A DNA stretch of 64,000 nt, from contig JALHDH010000009.1 of the NCBI GenBank assembly GCA_022839105.1, forward strand, positions 4,573 through 68,572, read 5' to 3'. The notes under the pieces were generated by a model. It ran no database searches. It was given only the letters and a program-made list of their open reading frames with translations, and was not told where the DNA came from. The translations under genes were made by a program, and so were the position numbers. The DNA comes from a bacterium. GTDB taxonomy: Bacteria; Vulcanimicrobiota; Xenobia; Xenobiales; Xenobiaceae. This document shows positions 1 to 7,646 of this stretch, in pieces. Within the stretch, counting starts at the first letter, position 1. The number at the start of each line of letters is the position of its first letter.

Positions 1-40
1 ACGTTCCCGCTCGCGGCATCGCGGGGAGGCTTCTCGCCAC

Positions 41-68
41 GAAGGCGCCCGCTTTTACGGGCGCCTTC
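41..68. terminator. GC-rich hairpin, probable intrinsic terminator of a gene outside the left edge
   Basis: Perfect 11-bp inverted repeat GAAGGCGCCCG (41-51) / CGGGCGCCTTC (58-68) with a 6-nt loop CTTTTA. It lies in non-coding DNA ahead of the first gene. There is no clear U-tract, so orientation is unknown. Confidence 0.4.
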
Positions 69-176
69 TCCCCCTTGGAGCCTGATCGCTGGATCGGCTC
101 ATGCCTGCCTGGATGCCAAGCGAAGGGTTCTCGGCGTCCCCGGTCAGGACGCCGAGAAGAGGAATCTCCTCCACCC

Positions 177-1742
177 ATGCCCGTGCGGTCCTTGAGTCCC
201 GAGCGACCGGTCCCGGGAAGCGACCCGGTCGCCGGGATGGTGCCCGCCGGCTCCCCGGTCCCAGGCCCGGTCCTTCTGCGAGAAGCGGTGACCAAAGGGC
301 GCGCGCACCCCGCCGAGGGCTCGACCGTGGTGCGCAAGACGACCGCGGGCCTGACGGCCACGGTCGTGCAGTTGTGCGCAGCCCTGCTGACCGCTTTCGT
401 GTTGGCCCGAAGCCTGGGCCCGGAACTCCTGGGCCAGTACTACCTGCTCTATACCCTGACCCTGACCAGCGCGCTCTTCGGCAGCCTGGGGGTGGAGGCC
501 GCCAACTCGGTCTTCGTGGGCCGGGGCGAAGAGCACCCCGGGCGGGTCCACACCGCGTCCCTGCTGCTCACCGTGCTGCTGGGGGGGGGCGCCGTCCTGC
601 TGGCTGGAGCGGCCTACCCCATCCCCTGGCTGGGCCTGACGGGAAGGGTGGATCCGATCAACTACGTGCTGGCCCTCTCCACCGTCCCCTTCATCCTGTA
701 TCAGAACCTGGTCTGGTCCATCCTGATCGGGACGGGTCACCTGGTCCTGATGAGCCGCACCAAGATCCTGGTCGCGCTCCTGCGCCTGGCCGGAGACATG
801 ACGGTGATCGGGCTCTTGTGGCTGGGCGCGAGCCAGGGGCTGGTGGCCTCGGGATTCGGGGTCCGAGGCCTGCTGGTCTCGTTTCTGCTCTGCTCGGCCC
901 TGGGCGCAGGAGCCCTGCTCTGGTTCACCTGGCCGGTTGCCCGTCCCCAGCCGCTGCGCACCCGGGGACTCATGGGGCGGCTGACCGGCTTCGGCCTGCG
1001 CAGCCACCTGGGCACCATCGCCGGGCAACTGCACTCGCGCGCCGACACCTTCATCCTGAACGCCTTCCACGGAACCGCGGCCGTGGGGCTCTACTCGGTG
1101 GCGGTGCAGGCCGCAGAATTGCCGATCCTCTTCTTCAGTGCCATCCAGAACGCGGTCTTCGCACGGGTCAGCGGGGGCGACCGGGCCGAAGCCACGAGAC
1201 TGGTCTCCTTCCTGGTCCGCCTGGGCTGTGCCGCCTGGCTGATCCTGGTCGGCCTGGGCCTGACGGTCATCCCCCGGCTGATCACCTGGATGCTGGGCCC
1301 GGCCTACCAGACCAGCGGGGAGGCCTTCATGGTGCTGATCGGGGGCACCGCTGCAGTCGGAATCTCCCGACTGTGCAACCCCTACTTCCTGGGACAGCTC
1401 AAGCGCCCCGGACTGCTCTCCGGGCTGGCCTGGCTGAACGTGGCTCTGAACCTGCTGGCCTGCGCGGTGCTGGTCCCTGGCCTCTCGGTCCTGGGAGCGG
1501 CCACGGCCTCGCTGGTCTCCTACCTTGCCGGGCTGGCCCTCCTGCTCTTCTTCTACTGCCGGCTCAGCCGCGAGTGCTTCTTCGAGGTCCTGAGGCCCCG
1601 GCGGGAGGATCTCCGGATCCTGGTGAACGCCCTGCGCAGCCTCACGCGAGAGGCCCCGGCCCCTCAGGGCGGCTCCGGACAGGTTCCCCCGGAGGCCGAT
1701 CCTGGCACCGACCATTCCGGCAATTCGAAATCACGCAGATAG
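177..1742 (+). CDS. Wzx/MOP-superfamily-like polysaccharide biosynthesis (oligosaccharide flippase) membrane protein
   Basis: ORF 75..1742. About 12 hydrophobic helices, with an N-terminal ...LARSLGPELLGQYYL... pattern typical of PST/Wzx flippases. The start is uncertain (TTG 75, ATG 177, ATG 237). The 3' end overlaps the convergent neighbour by 79 bp. Confidence 0.6.
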   Translation: MPVRSLSPERPVPGSDPVAGMVPAGSPVPGPVLLREAVTKGRAHPAEGSTVVRKTTAGLTATVVQLCAALLTAFVLARSLGPELLGQYYLLYTLTLTSALFGSLGVEAANSVFVGRGEEHPGRVHTASLLLTVLLGGGAVLLAGAAYPIPWLGLTGRVDPINYVLALSTVPFILYQNLVWSILIGTGHLVLMSRTKILVALLRLAGDMTVIGLLWLGASQGLVASGFGVRGLLVSFLLCSALGAGALLWFTWPVARPQPLRTRGLMGRLTGFGLRSHLGTIAGQLHSRADTFILNAFHGTAAVGLYSVAVQAAELPILFFSAIQNAVFARVSGGDRAEATRLVSFLVRLGCAAWLILVGLGLTVIPRLITWMLGPAYQTSGEAFMVLIGGTAAVGISRLCNPYFLGQLKRPGLLSGLAWLNVALNLLACAVLVPGLSVLGAATASLVSYLAGLALLLFFYCRLSRECFFEVLRPRREDLRILVNALRSLTREAPAPQGGSGQVPPEADPGTDHSGNSKSRR

Positions 1743-2728
1743 CGGGCATCATCCTCTGGGAGATGCGTGTTGATGTACATCCCGGTGCCGACTTCGAAGC
1801 CTGCGGGCGTGGTGACCCGGGGGATCAGGGCGGCGTACCAGTGTGCGAAGGGCACCGTGCCATAATCCCGGCTGGCGGTCCGGAAGATCAGGTTGTAGTC
1901 CGGGTCGCCCAGGCCGTGATAGAAACGGGCCAAGGTCTCGCGCAGGACGGCCGCGAAGTCCTCCTGTTCTTCAGGCCTCAAGTCCGACGGACAGCCGCTG
2001 TGCCGATGCGGGACGATCCACATCAGGTAGGGTGAGGCCGCCGCGAAGGGCACAAAGGCGCTGCAGGTCTGACCCTCGACCACCAGGCGCCGGCCGTCCA
2101 GCTTCTCCCTCCACAACATGTGGCAGTGGACGCACTCGCCATAATCGTTGTGGTAGCGCATGGCCTCCTCCATGCGGTTTCGAACCGTCCGAGGGGTGAC
2201 GGGAAGCGAGACCACCTGGGAGTGGGGATGGGCCAGGGAGGTCCCGCCTCGGGCCCCGTGATTCTTGAAGAGGATCACGTGCTCGGCCTCGGGCCCCATG
2301 CGAAGCTCCCGATAGCGCTCGGCCCAGGCCTGGACCACCAGGTTCACCTCTTCCGGGTTCTGCAGGGCCAGCGTGGTCCCGTGGCAGGGAGACTCGATGA
2401 TCACCTCGTGACGCCCGACTCCCTGCATCCGCCGCTCGAAGCGGCCGCCATCGCGTTGGGGAGGAGGGCCGGGAAGCAGGGCCGGGTAGCGATTCGGACA
2501 GGAGCGAACCTGCCAGGACCCGTCCGGGTTGCTGTAGCGCAGGGTCTCACCGGGGGTGTTCTCCTCCTGCCCCGGGCAGAAGGGACAATTCCCATCGTAA
2601 TGGGGATGTTCGTGGGTCCAGCCGCTGCGGGCCAGGGATTCCTTGCGCATGTCCTCGGGGCGCCGTGCCCTCTCCGGAGCAAAGATCACCCATTCCTTGG
2701 TGGCGGCATCCTGACGCAGATGGGGCAT
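1664..2728 (-). CDS. GalT-family (HIT-like) nucleotidyltransferase: galactose-1-phosphate uridylyltransferase / ADP-glucose phosphorylase-like
   Basis: CPFCPG zinc-site motif and HPHSQ (HxHxQ) active-site motif. ATG at 2728 (MPHLRQDAATKEWVIF...). The upstream 56 codons of ORF 1664..2896 are not protein-like. Confidence 0.8.
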   Translation of the reverse strand: MPHLRQDAATKEWVIFAPERARRPEDMRKESLARSGWTHEHPHYDGNCPFCPGQEENTPGETLRYSNPDGSWQVRSCPNRYPALLPGPPPQRDGGRFERRMQGVGRHEVIIESPCHGTTLALQNPEEVNLVVQAWAERYRELRMGPEAEHVILFKNHGARGGTSLAHPHSQVVSLPVTPRTVRNRMEEAMRYHNDYGECVHCHMLWREKLDGRRLVVEGQTCSAFVPFAAASPYLMWIVPHRHSGCPSDLRPEEQEDFAAVLRETLARFYHGLGDPDYNLIFRTASRDYGTVPFAHWYAALIPRVTTPAGFEVGTGMYINTHLPEDDARYLRDFELPEWSVPGSASGGTCPEPP

Positions 2729-2738
2729 CGTGTCTCCT

Positions 2739-4043
2739 TCAGGCGAGTCTTCGGGCCAGGAGATCCTCAAAGGAGTTGGCGAGGAGATGTTCCCGGGCCA
2801 GGCCGACCCGCTTGCGGACTTCCGATTCTTCCAAGGCTCCGCAGTCCATGGCCCGGCGGAAATGCGCCAGCAGGGCCCGGCCGGTCGCCGCGTCATCGAA
2901 GACCGTCCCGACCCGGGTGGCCTGCGCCGAGGCTTCCAGGAAGTTCTTCAGGCGGTCGGCGACGGCCTCGGCGCCCTCCAGATACCAGGCCTGGACGACG
3001 GCCAGACGGCTGACAAGCTGAGCGGGATGCAGATCCCAGCCTTGATGGAAGCCCTGTCGCAGGCCACGGCGGATGTCCCGGGCGTGGCGACACCAGGCCT
3101 GATGCACGACCTTGCGATTCTCCAGAAGCTTCTCGCGGTCCAGGTTCTCCCCGCGATGAGGCGGGACGGGCAGGACCGTCGTGGTCCCATCCACCAGCCG
3201 GACCGGGTCCCCTGCCACTCCCACATGCAGCATGGCCCGAGCGAAATCGCAGAGGGGGTGACCCAGATCCTGCTCGGCGGGAGCGACCCCGCAAGCGGTC
3301 AGGAAGTCGTTGGCTCCGAAGTGCACCGCCAGACAACGCCCCTGGCATGCCCCGAGTCCGGCTTTGAGGAATCCGGGGTCCAAGGCCCGCGGGCTCTCGA
3401 CCATCAACTCCACGGCCACCACCCCGGAGTGCAGGCCCAGGGCCGCCTCCAACCGATCCAGGGCCTCGGTGAGGATCCCGGGAGCCTCGATCTGCTCGAC
3501 CTTGGGGAGGGTCACGACGAAGCCCCGGGGGAGCCCTCCCGCCTCCGAGACCAGACGCGTCAAGACCAGATCCAGGGTGCGCAGGGCGCGAGGGGCGGTC
3601 TGGTGGTTCAGCGCGCGAATCCGGATCCCGATCCGGGGCGGAAGCCCCCCCTCCCCCATGGCGATCGCCAGGGCGTTGGCCACCTCCAGGGCATGGCGGT
3701 CCTCCTCCTCCTCTGAGCGGACCCCATAGCCATCCTCGAAATCAATGCGGTAATCCTCGACCGGGCACTCCTCCAGCCGAGCCTTGAGCCGGGGCCAGAC
3801 CCTCCGGGCCGTCTCGGGTTCCATCTCCATGGCCTCGGCCAGTTCCTCGGGCTCCGCGGCGTACCTGCTCAAGACTCCCAGCGCGAGGCTGCCGAGTTTC
3901 GCTGGAGTCCGAGGCGAGAAGAGGTGGGCCCCTCCGTAGACGGTGTGGAGGGGATGCCAGGAGGGCTCGGACGGATCAGCCGGTTCCGGAGAGAGCCTGG
4001 CCTGAAGGCAGGCCTGCGCTTCCGGAGAGAGGGTCGTATTCAC
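2739..4043 (-). CDS. HpcH/HpaI aldolase / citrate-lyase beta (CitE)-like TIM-barrel protein, function unknown
   Basis: CitE-like motif spacing: IDFEDGYG, ELMVESPRAL, FGANDF. GTG start at 4043. It ends 10 nt upstream of the GalT-like gene on the same strand, so a probable operon. Confidence 0.55.
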   Translation of the reverse strand: MNTTLSPEAQACLQARLSPEPADPSEPSWHPLHTVYGGAHLFSPRTPAKLGSLALGVLSRYAAEPEELAEAMEMEPETARRVWPRLKARLEECPVEDYRIDFEDGYGVRSEEEEDRHALEVANALAIAMGEGGLPPRIGIRIRALNHQTAPRALRTLDLVLTRLVSEAGGLPRGFVVTLPKVEQIEAPGILTEALDRLEAALGLHSGVVAVELMVESPRALDPGFLKAGLGACQGRCLAVHFGANDFLTACGVAPAEQDLGHPLCDFARAMLHVGVAGDPVRLVDGTTTVLPVPPHRGENLDREKLLENRKVVHQAWCRHARDIRRGLRQGFHQGWDLHPAQLVSRLAVVQAWYLEGAEAVADRLKNFLEASAQATRVGTVFDDAATGRALLAHFRRAMDCGALEESEVRKRVGLAREHLLANSFEDLLARRLA

Positions 4044-4069
4044 CTGGATCGCTTCGCATCAAGGCCTTC

Positions 4070-4113
4070 GGCTCCTCTGCAGAGGCAGAAAAGCGGGCCT
4101 GCAGGAAGAGGAG
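4070..4113. other. Imperfect long hairpin in the 175-nt spacer downstream of the S8 protease gene
   Basis: GCTCCTCT (4070-4077) pairs with AGAGGAGC (4106-4113). Inside lie a 12-bp palindrome CCTCTGCAGAGG and AGGC/GCCT pairing around an A-rich loop. It could be the S8 gene terminator or a leader element of the CitE-like gene. Confidence 0.3.
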
Positions 4114-4218
4114 CGTCCAACAGGAGGGCCCCTGTCGGGGAATGCCGCCCCGAGAAAGCTTCCGGACCCAGGCTGAAGCTCCAGGCGGAACCGGGCTCCT
4201 CGAACCGGGTCCCCGCGC

Positions 4219-5388
4219 TCAGGATCCGGCCATCTCCAGGGCCCGACGGACCGCCTTGGCGGGGTCGACCAGCCCATGACCTCCCAGGATCGCCTTGGTG
4301 TCGGGAATGGGCTGGGCGGTCTCCTTCAAGATCTGGATGACCTCCCGGGGGGAGAGATCCGGGTTGGCCTGCACCACGTCGGCCGCGATGCCCGCCACGA
4401 CGGGGGTGGCCATCGAGGTGCCGGAAAGAAGGACGTAGTAGTCGCCCAGGTGCATCACGTTGGCGCGGTCGATGGCCGAGCCCGGCGAACGGAACGAGAC
4501 CATGTTCACCCCCGGGGCGGCGATGTCCGGCTTGATGTTCCGGTCCCGGGTGGTGGGTCCCCGACTCGAGAAGAAGGCCATCGTGTCGTCGGCATGGGTG
4601 GCGGTGTTCTTGTCGTCGTAGGCCCCCACCGTCAAGACCTCTCGGGAGATGGCGGGAGTTCCGATGGTCTGGCGACCGGGGCCCGAGTTCCCTGCGGCGA
4701 TGACGGGAATGATGCCGGCCTCCAGGGCCTTGTTGACGGCCAGGGCCACCAGATCGTCCTTCTCCTTCTGATTGGCAGCCGCACCGAGGGAGAGGTTCAT
4801 GACCTTGATGTTGTATTTGTCCTTGTTCTCGATGCACCACTGGATGCCACGGATCACGTTGGCCATCGAACCCCCGCCGTTGCCGTCCAGGACCTTGACC
4901 CCGATGATGTCGGCCTCGGGGGCCGAACCGCGATAGGTCCCCCCCGCCTTGGTGCCATCCCCCGCGACCAGTCCGGCCACGTGGGAGCCATGTCCGTTGT
5001 CGTCATAGGGCTCGGTCCGGCCGTTGCAGAAATCCTTGAAGGCGACCAGGCGATCTCCGAGATCCGGATGCGGGTGGACGCCGGTATCCAGAACGGCGAC
5101 CCCGATTCCCTTGCCCGTGATCCCCATCTCCCAGACATCTTCGATGGTCAGGACCTCGCGGACCGCGTCGATCCGCTCAACCGGGCGGGGCATGCGGCTT
5201 CCGGCCCGGGTCAACTCCATCGGCGTCACGTAGGAGACCCCACCTGCCCAGGCAGCCTGGACCTGCGGCTCGGCCTGCCCGGCGTAGCCGTCCTTGGCGA
5301 CGGGTTCGGTCGGAACCCGGGGAGCGGCTTGGGGGCGCGCCTCTGGACGAGGGTTGATCCGCACGGCGTCGGTCGGCTTGAGGCTCAT
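4219..5388 (-). CDS. Subtilisin-family (S8) serine peptidase with no recognisable signal peptide
   Basis: Triad motifs are intact: VAVLDTGV (Asp), HGSHVAGLVAG (His), GTSMATPVVAG (Ser). ATG at 5388 is preceded by AGGAGG at optimal spacing. The N-terminus MSLKPTDAVRINPRPEARPQAAP... is polar and Pro-rich with no hydrophobic h-region. Confidence 0.85.
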   Translation of the reverse strand: MSLKPTDAVRINPRPEARPQAAPRVPTEPVAKDGYAGQAEPQVQAAWAGGVSYVTPMELTRAGSRMPRPVERIDAVREVLTIEDVWEMGITGKGIGVAVLDTGVHPHPDLGDRLVAFKDFCNGRTEPYDDNGHGSHVAGLVAGDGTKAGGTYRGSAPEADIIGVKVLDGNGGGSMANVIRGIQWCIENKDKYNIKVMNLSLGAAANQKEKDDLVALAVNKALEAGIIPVIAAGNSGPGRQTIGTPAISREVLTVGAYDDKNTATHADDTMAFFSSRGPTTRDRNIKPDIAAPGVNMVSFRSPGSAIDRANVMHLGDYYVLLSGTSMATPVVAGIAADVVQANPDLSPREVIQILKETAQPIPDTKAILGGHGLVDPAKAVRRALEMAGS

Positions 5389-5453
5389 GGGCTCCTCCTG
5401 GGCAGGCTTTCCTCTCGAGACTACCACGCTTCCTCGGAGGGCGGGAGGCCGGA

Positions 5454-5465
5454 GTTGTTAACAAC
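5454..5465. promoter_or_regulatory. Perfect 12-bp AT-rich palindrome GTTGTTAACAAC, candidate operator
   Basis: Read directly. It lies in the 174-bp divergent region between the S8 (-) and C11-like (+) genes and is an AT-rich island in GC-rich DNA. Confidence 0.35.
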
Positions 5466-5521
5466 GGGTCGATCGGATCCACCCTGCTCCTTTAACATGC
5501 CGGAAACCTCCACGCCGGCAA

Positions 5522-5541
5522 CCCCTGTCTATAATCAGGGG
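5522..5541 (+). promoter_or_regulatory. Candidate -10 element TATAAT (5530-5535) bracketed by inverted repeat CCCCTG/CAGGGG
   Basis: Perfect TATAAT about 28 nt upstream of ATG 5563, with a GGAGGG RBS at 5552-5557. There is no convincing -35 hexamer. The flanking 6-bp inverted repeat would let a dimeric repressor or a hairpin occlude the -10. Confidence 0.35.
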
Positions 5542-5562
5542 AGCATAGACTGGAGGGTCCCC

Positions 5563-7512
5563 ATGTCCTCGATCGGCCCCAACCTTCCCAGAAACTTCCT
5601 GGACGCCGCAGCCCTGCGCCGCGCCGCCGAAGGCCCCGCGCCCGGCCCTCGCCCCGAAGAGACCGACCGCGCCGCCGAGGCCCCCAGGAAGTCGCCGGAT
5701 TCCTCTCCGGCCCCGCCATCTTCCGAGGCAGCCGAAAAGGAATGGACCGTCCTGCTCTATCTCAACGGGAAGAACGCCCTGGCCAACCAGGCGATCTCCA
5801 CCCTCAAGCAGATGGAGTTCGTCGGCTCGGACCAGAAGATGGACTTCGTCGCCCAGGTGGGGCGCGCCAAAAGTCCGTTGGACCGGTTCTCGAAGGACTG
5901 GAGCGGGGTGCGTCGCTACCATGTCCAGCACAACGGCAAGGAGTTCACCCCCGCCGAGATCGTCAAAGGAGCCCTGATGGGCTTCCTTCCGGGCCAGACC
6001 AGGAAGATCGAGTCCCCCGTGGTCCAGGACCTGGGCCAGGCCGACATGGGCAGCGCCCGTTCCCTGGAGGAGTTCCTGGAATGGGGCATCCAGGCCTACC
6101 CCGCCAAGCGCTACATGGTCGTCATGATGGGCCCCTCCACCGGAGTCTCCGGGATGATGCGGGATGACACCACCGGCAACCAGATGAAGGTTCCGGATCT
6201 GGGTCAGGCGCTGGCCAACGTGCACGAGAAGACCGGCCGGAAGATCGACGTCCTGAACCTGGACGGGTCGGCCACCAACACCATGGAGCTGGCCTACCAG
6301 ATCAAGGACCATGTCGGCTACATGGTGGGCTCTCAGGGCATCCAGTCGGGAAGCGGGATGCCCCTGGCCATGATGGCCAACGAGATGAAGAAGGCCAACA
6401 CCGACCAGCCCCAGGACGCGCTGACCATGGCGCGTTACATGACCTTGATGAACTCCATGGCCGCCACGGCCTCGCAGTTCTCGTCCACCATCTCGGCCAT
6501 CGACCTGGAGAAGATGGATGACGTGAAGAAGGCCTGGGATGGCCTGTCCCAGGAGCTCCTGGCCGCCGAGGTCCCGGCCGCGAAGATCCGCGAGTTGCTG
6601 GACAAGACCCAGGACTTCCAGGGAAGGTCCAAGAACCAGGCCTACCAGAACTCGCGGGATGCCTTCCATTTCGCCCAGCTCGTCCAGGCCGACCCGCAAC
6701 TGTCCAACCCCAGGATCCAGTCTGCCGCGCAGGCCGCCATGGAGGCCATCGAGGGGGCCCTGGTCGGGGACGCCGCCCTGGGCAGGTATGACAAGAATGC
6801 CCACGGGATGTCGGTCTTCGGACCCACGCATTATGGCTTCTTCCGGCCAGACGGCACGCCGATCCCCAAGGATTTCTCGCACGAGGCCCACTACGACAAG
6901 ATCGCCTTCGCTGCCGACACCGGCTGGGATGAGGTCCTGACGAAGTCCGCGCGGGACTCGGGCTTCAACCGCGCGGCCAGATCCCTGGGCCTGTCCGAGA
7001 CCGCGCTGGACCGGATCCACGCCAACGTCTCGCAGCACAAGTCCAAGCTGACGACCCCGCTCCGCCTGGGTTCCATGATCGGTTGGACCAACGCCATGAA
7101 CGCCTGGGGCGGGCGTCCCGCCACGGGCATGCTCTTCCTCAACCCGCAGACCGCAGTCTACGCAGGCGTGGCCGGGGCTGGCTGGGACGCAGCCCAGGCC
7201 CTGGAGGGCCTGGTCTACTCGGCCAGCGAACTCAAGGACCGCCAGGCCGTGGTCGGCAACGCCTTCGACATCGCCAAGGCCGGCATGAAGGCCACCGCCA
7301 ACCTCAGCCACGTGATCCCGGCCCTGGCGCCCTTCGGAGCCACCGCGGGAGCCTTGATGTTCCTCAGCCCCTGGATCCAGAACTTCTACGGGATCTTCGA
7401 GCAGTATCAGCAGATCCGCGATGGAATCGAGCTTTCCAACCAGCCCCTGGCCAACAAGGTGGGCCTGGCAACCGCACGCCACTTCGGTGGCAAGAAGCTC
7501 TGGGACGAGTGA
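5563..7512 (+). CDS. Clostripain-family (peptidase C11)-like protein, apparently catalytically inactive, with a C-terminal Gly/Ala-zipper hydrophobic module
   Basis: C11 landmarks: EKEWTVLLYLNGKNAL..., VGSDQKMDFVAQ, DWSGVRRYHV, PAKRYMVVMMGPSTG, IDVLNLDGSATNTMELAYQIKD..YMVGSQ. The expected His (..W.HG.G) reads MGPSTG and the expected Cys (FDAC.M) reads LDGSAT. ATG at 5563 has a GGAGGG RBS (alternative ATG 5497). The part of ORF 4276..7512 upstream of this is the antisense shadow of the S8 gene. Confidence 0.75.
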   Translation: MSSIGPNLPRNFLDAAALRRAAEGPAPGPRPEETDRAAEAPRKSPDSSPAPPSSEAAEKEWTVLLYLNGKNALANQAISTLKQMEFVGSDQKMDFVAQVGRAKSPLDRFSKDWSGVRRYHVQHNGKEFTPAEIVKGALMGFLPGQTRKIESPVVQDLGQADMGSARSLEEFLEWGIQAYPAKRYMVVMMGPSTGVSGMMRDDTTGNQMKVPDLGQALANVHEKTGRKIDVLNLDGSATNTMELAYQIKDHVGYMVGSQGIQSGSGMPLAMMANEMKKANTDQPQDALTMARYMTLMNSMAATASQFSSTISAIDLEKMDDVKKAWDGLSQELLAAEVPAAKIRELLDKTQDFQGRSKNQAYQNSRDAFHFAQLVQADPQLSNPRIQSAAQAAMEAIEGALVGDAALGRYDKNAHGMSVFGPTHYGFFRPDGTPIPKDFSHEAHYDKIAFAADTGWDEVLTKSARDSGFNRAARSLGLSETALDRIHANVSQHKSKLTTPLRLGSMIGWTNAMNAWGGRPATGMLFLNPQTAVYAGVAGAGWDAAQALEGLVYSASELKDRQAVVGNAFDIAKAGMKATANLSHVIPALAPFGATAGALMFLSPWIQNFYGIFEQYQQIRDGIELSNQPLANKVGLATARHFGGKKLWDE

Positions 7513-7588
7513 CCTCCTCGGAGGGCCACCGGCTTGCGGGAGGCCCCCCAGACCCGATCCGGTTCGGGTCCACCCTCCCCACAACGCA

Positions 7589-7619
7589 GACGAGCCCGGC
7601 CGACCTGGCCGGGCTCGTC
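7589..7619. terminator. Bidirectional intrinsic terminator between convergent genes
   Basis: Perfect 13-bp stem GACGAGCCCGGCC / GGCCGGGCTCGTC with loop GACCT, followed by TGGTTTCT on the + strand. It sits between the stop at 7512 (+) and the stop at 7647 (-). Confidence 0.7.
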
Positions 7620-7646
7620 TGGTTTCTCCAAGTTCGACCTGGTTTT

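Noticed and set aside
1664-1742. Convergent 3' overlaps of coding regions (also 19627..19699 and 48249..48337)
   Set aside because: They are probably a by-product of stop-codon scarcity in GC-rich DNA, which extends the C-terminal tails. The overlapping tails are Pro/Gly/Ser-rich and unlikely to be functional, so they are not evidence of an antisense regulatory design.
4276-5562. N-terminal roughly 430 codons of the 1078-aa ORF 4276..7512
   Set aside because: This part is the antisense shadow of the S8 protease gene, with Gly/Arg/Asp/His-rich, non-protein-like composition. The C11-like homology, an RBS and an ATG all begin at 5563.
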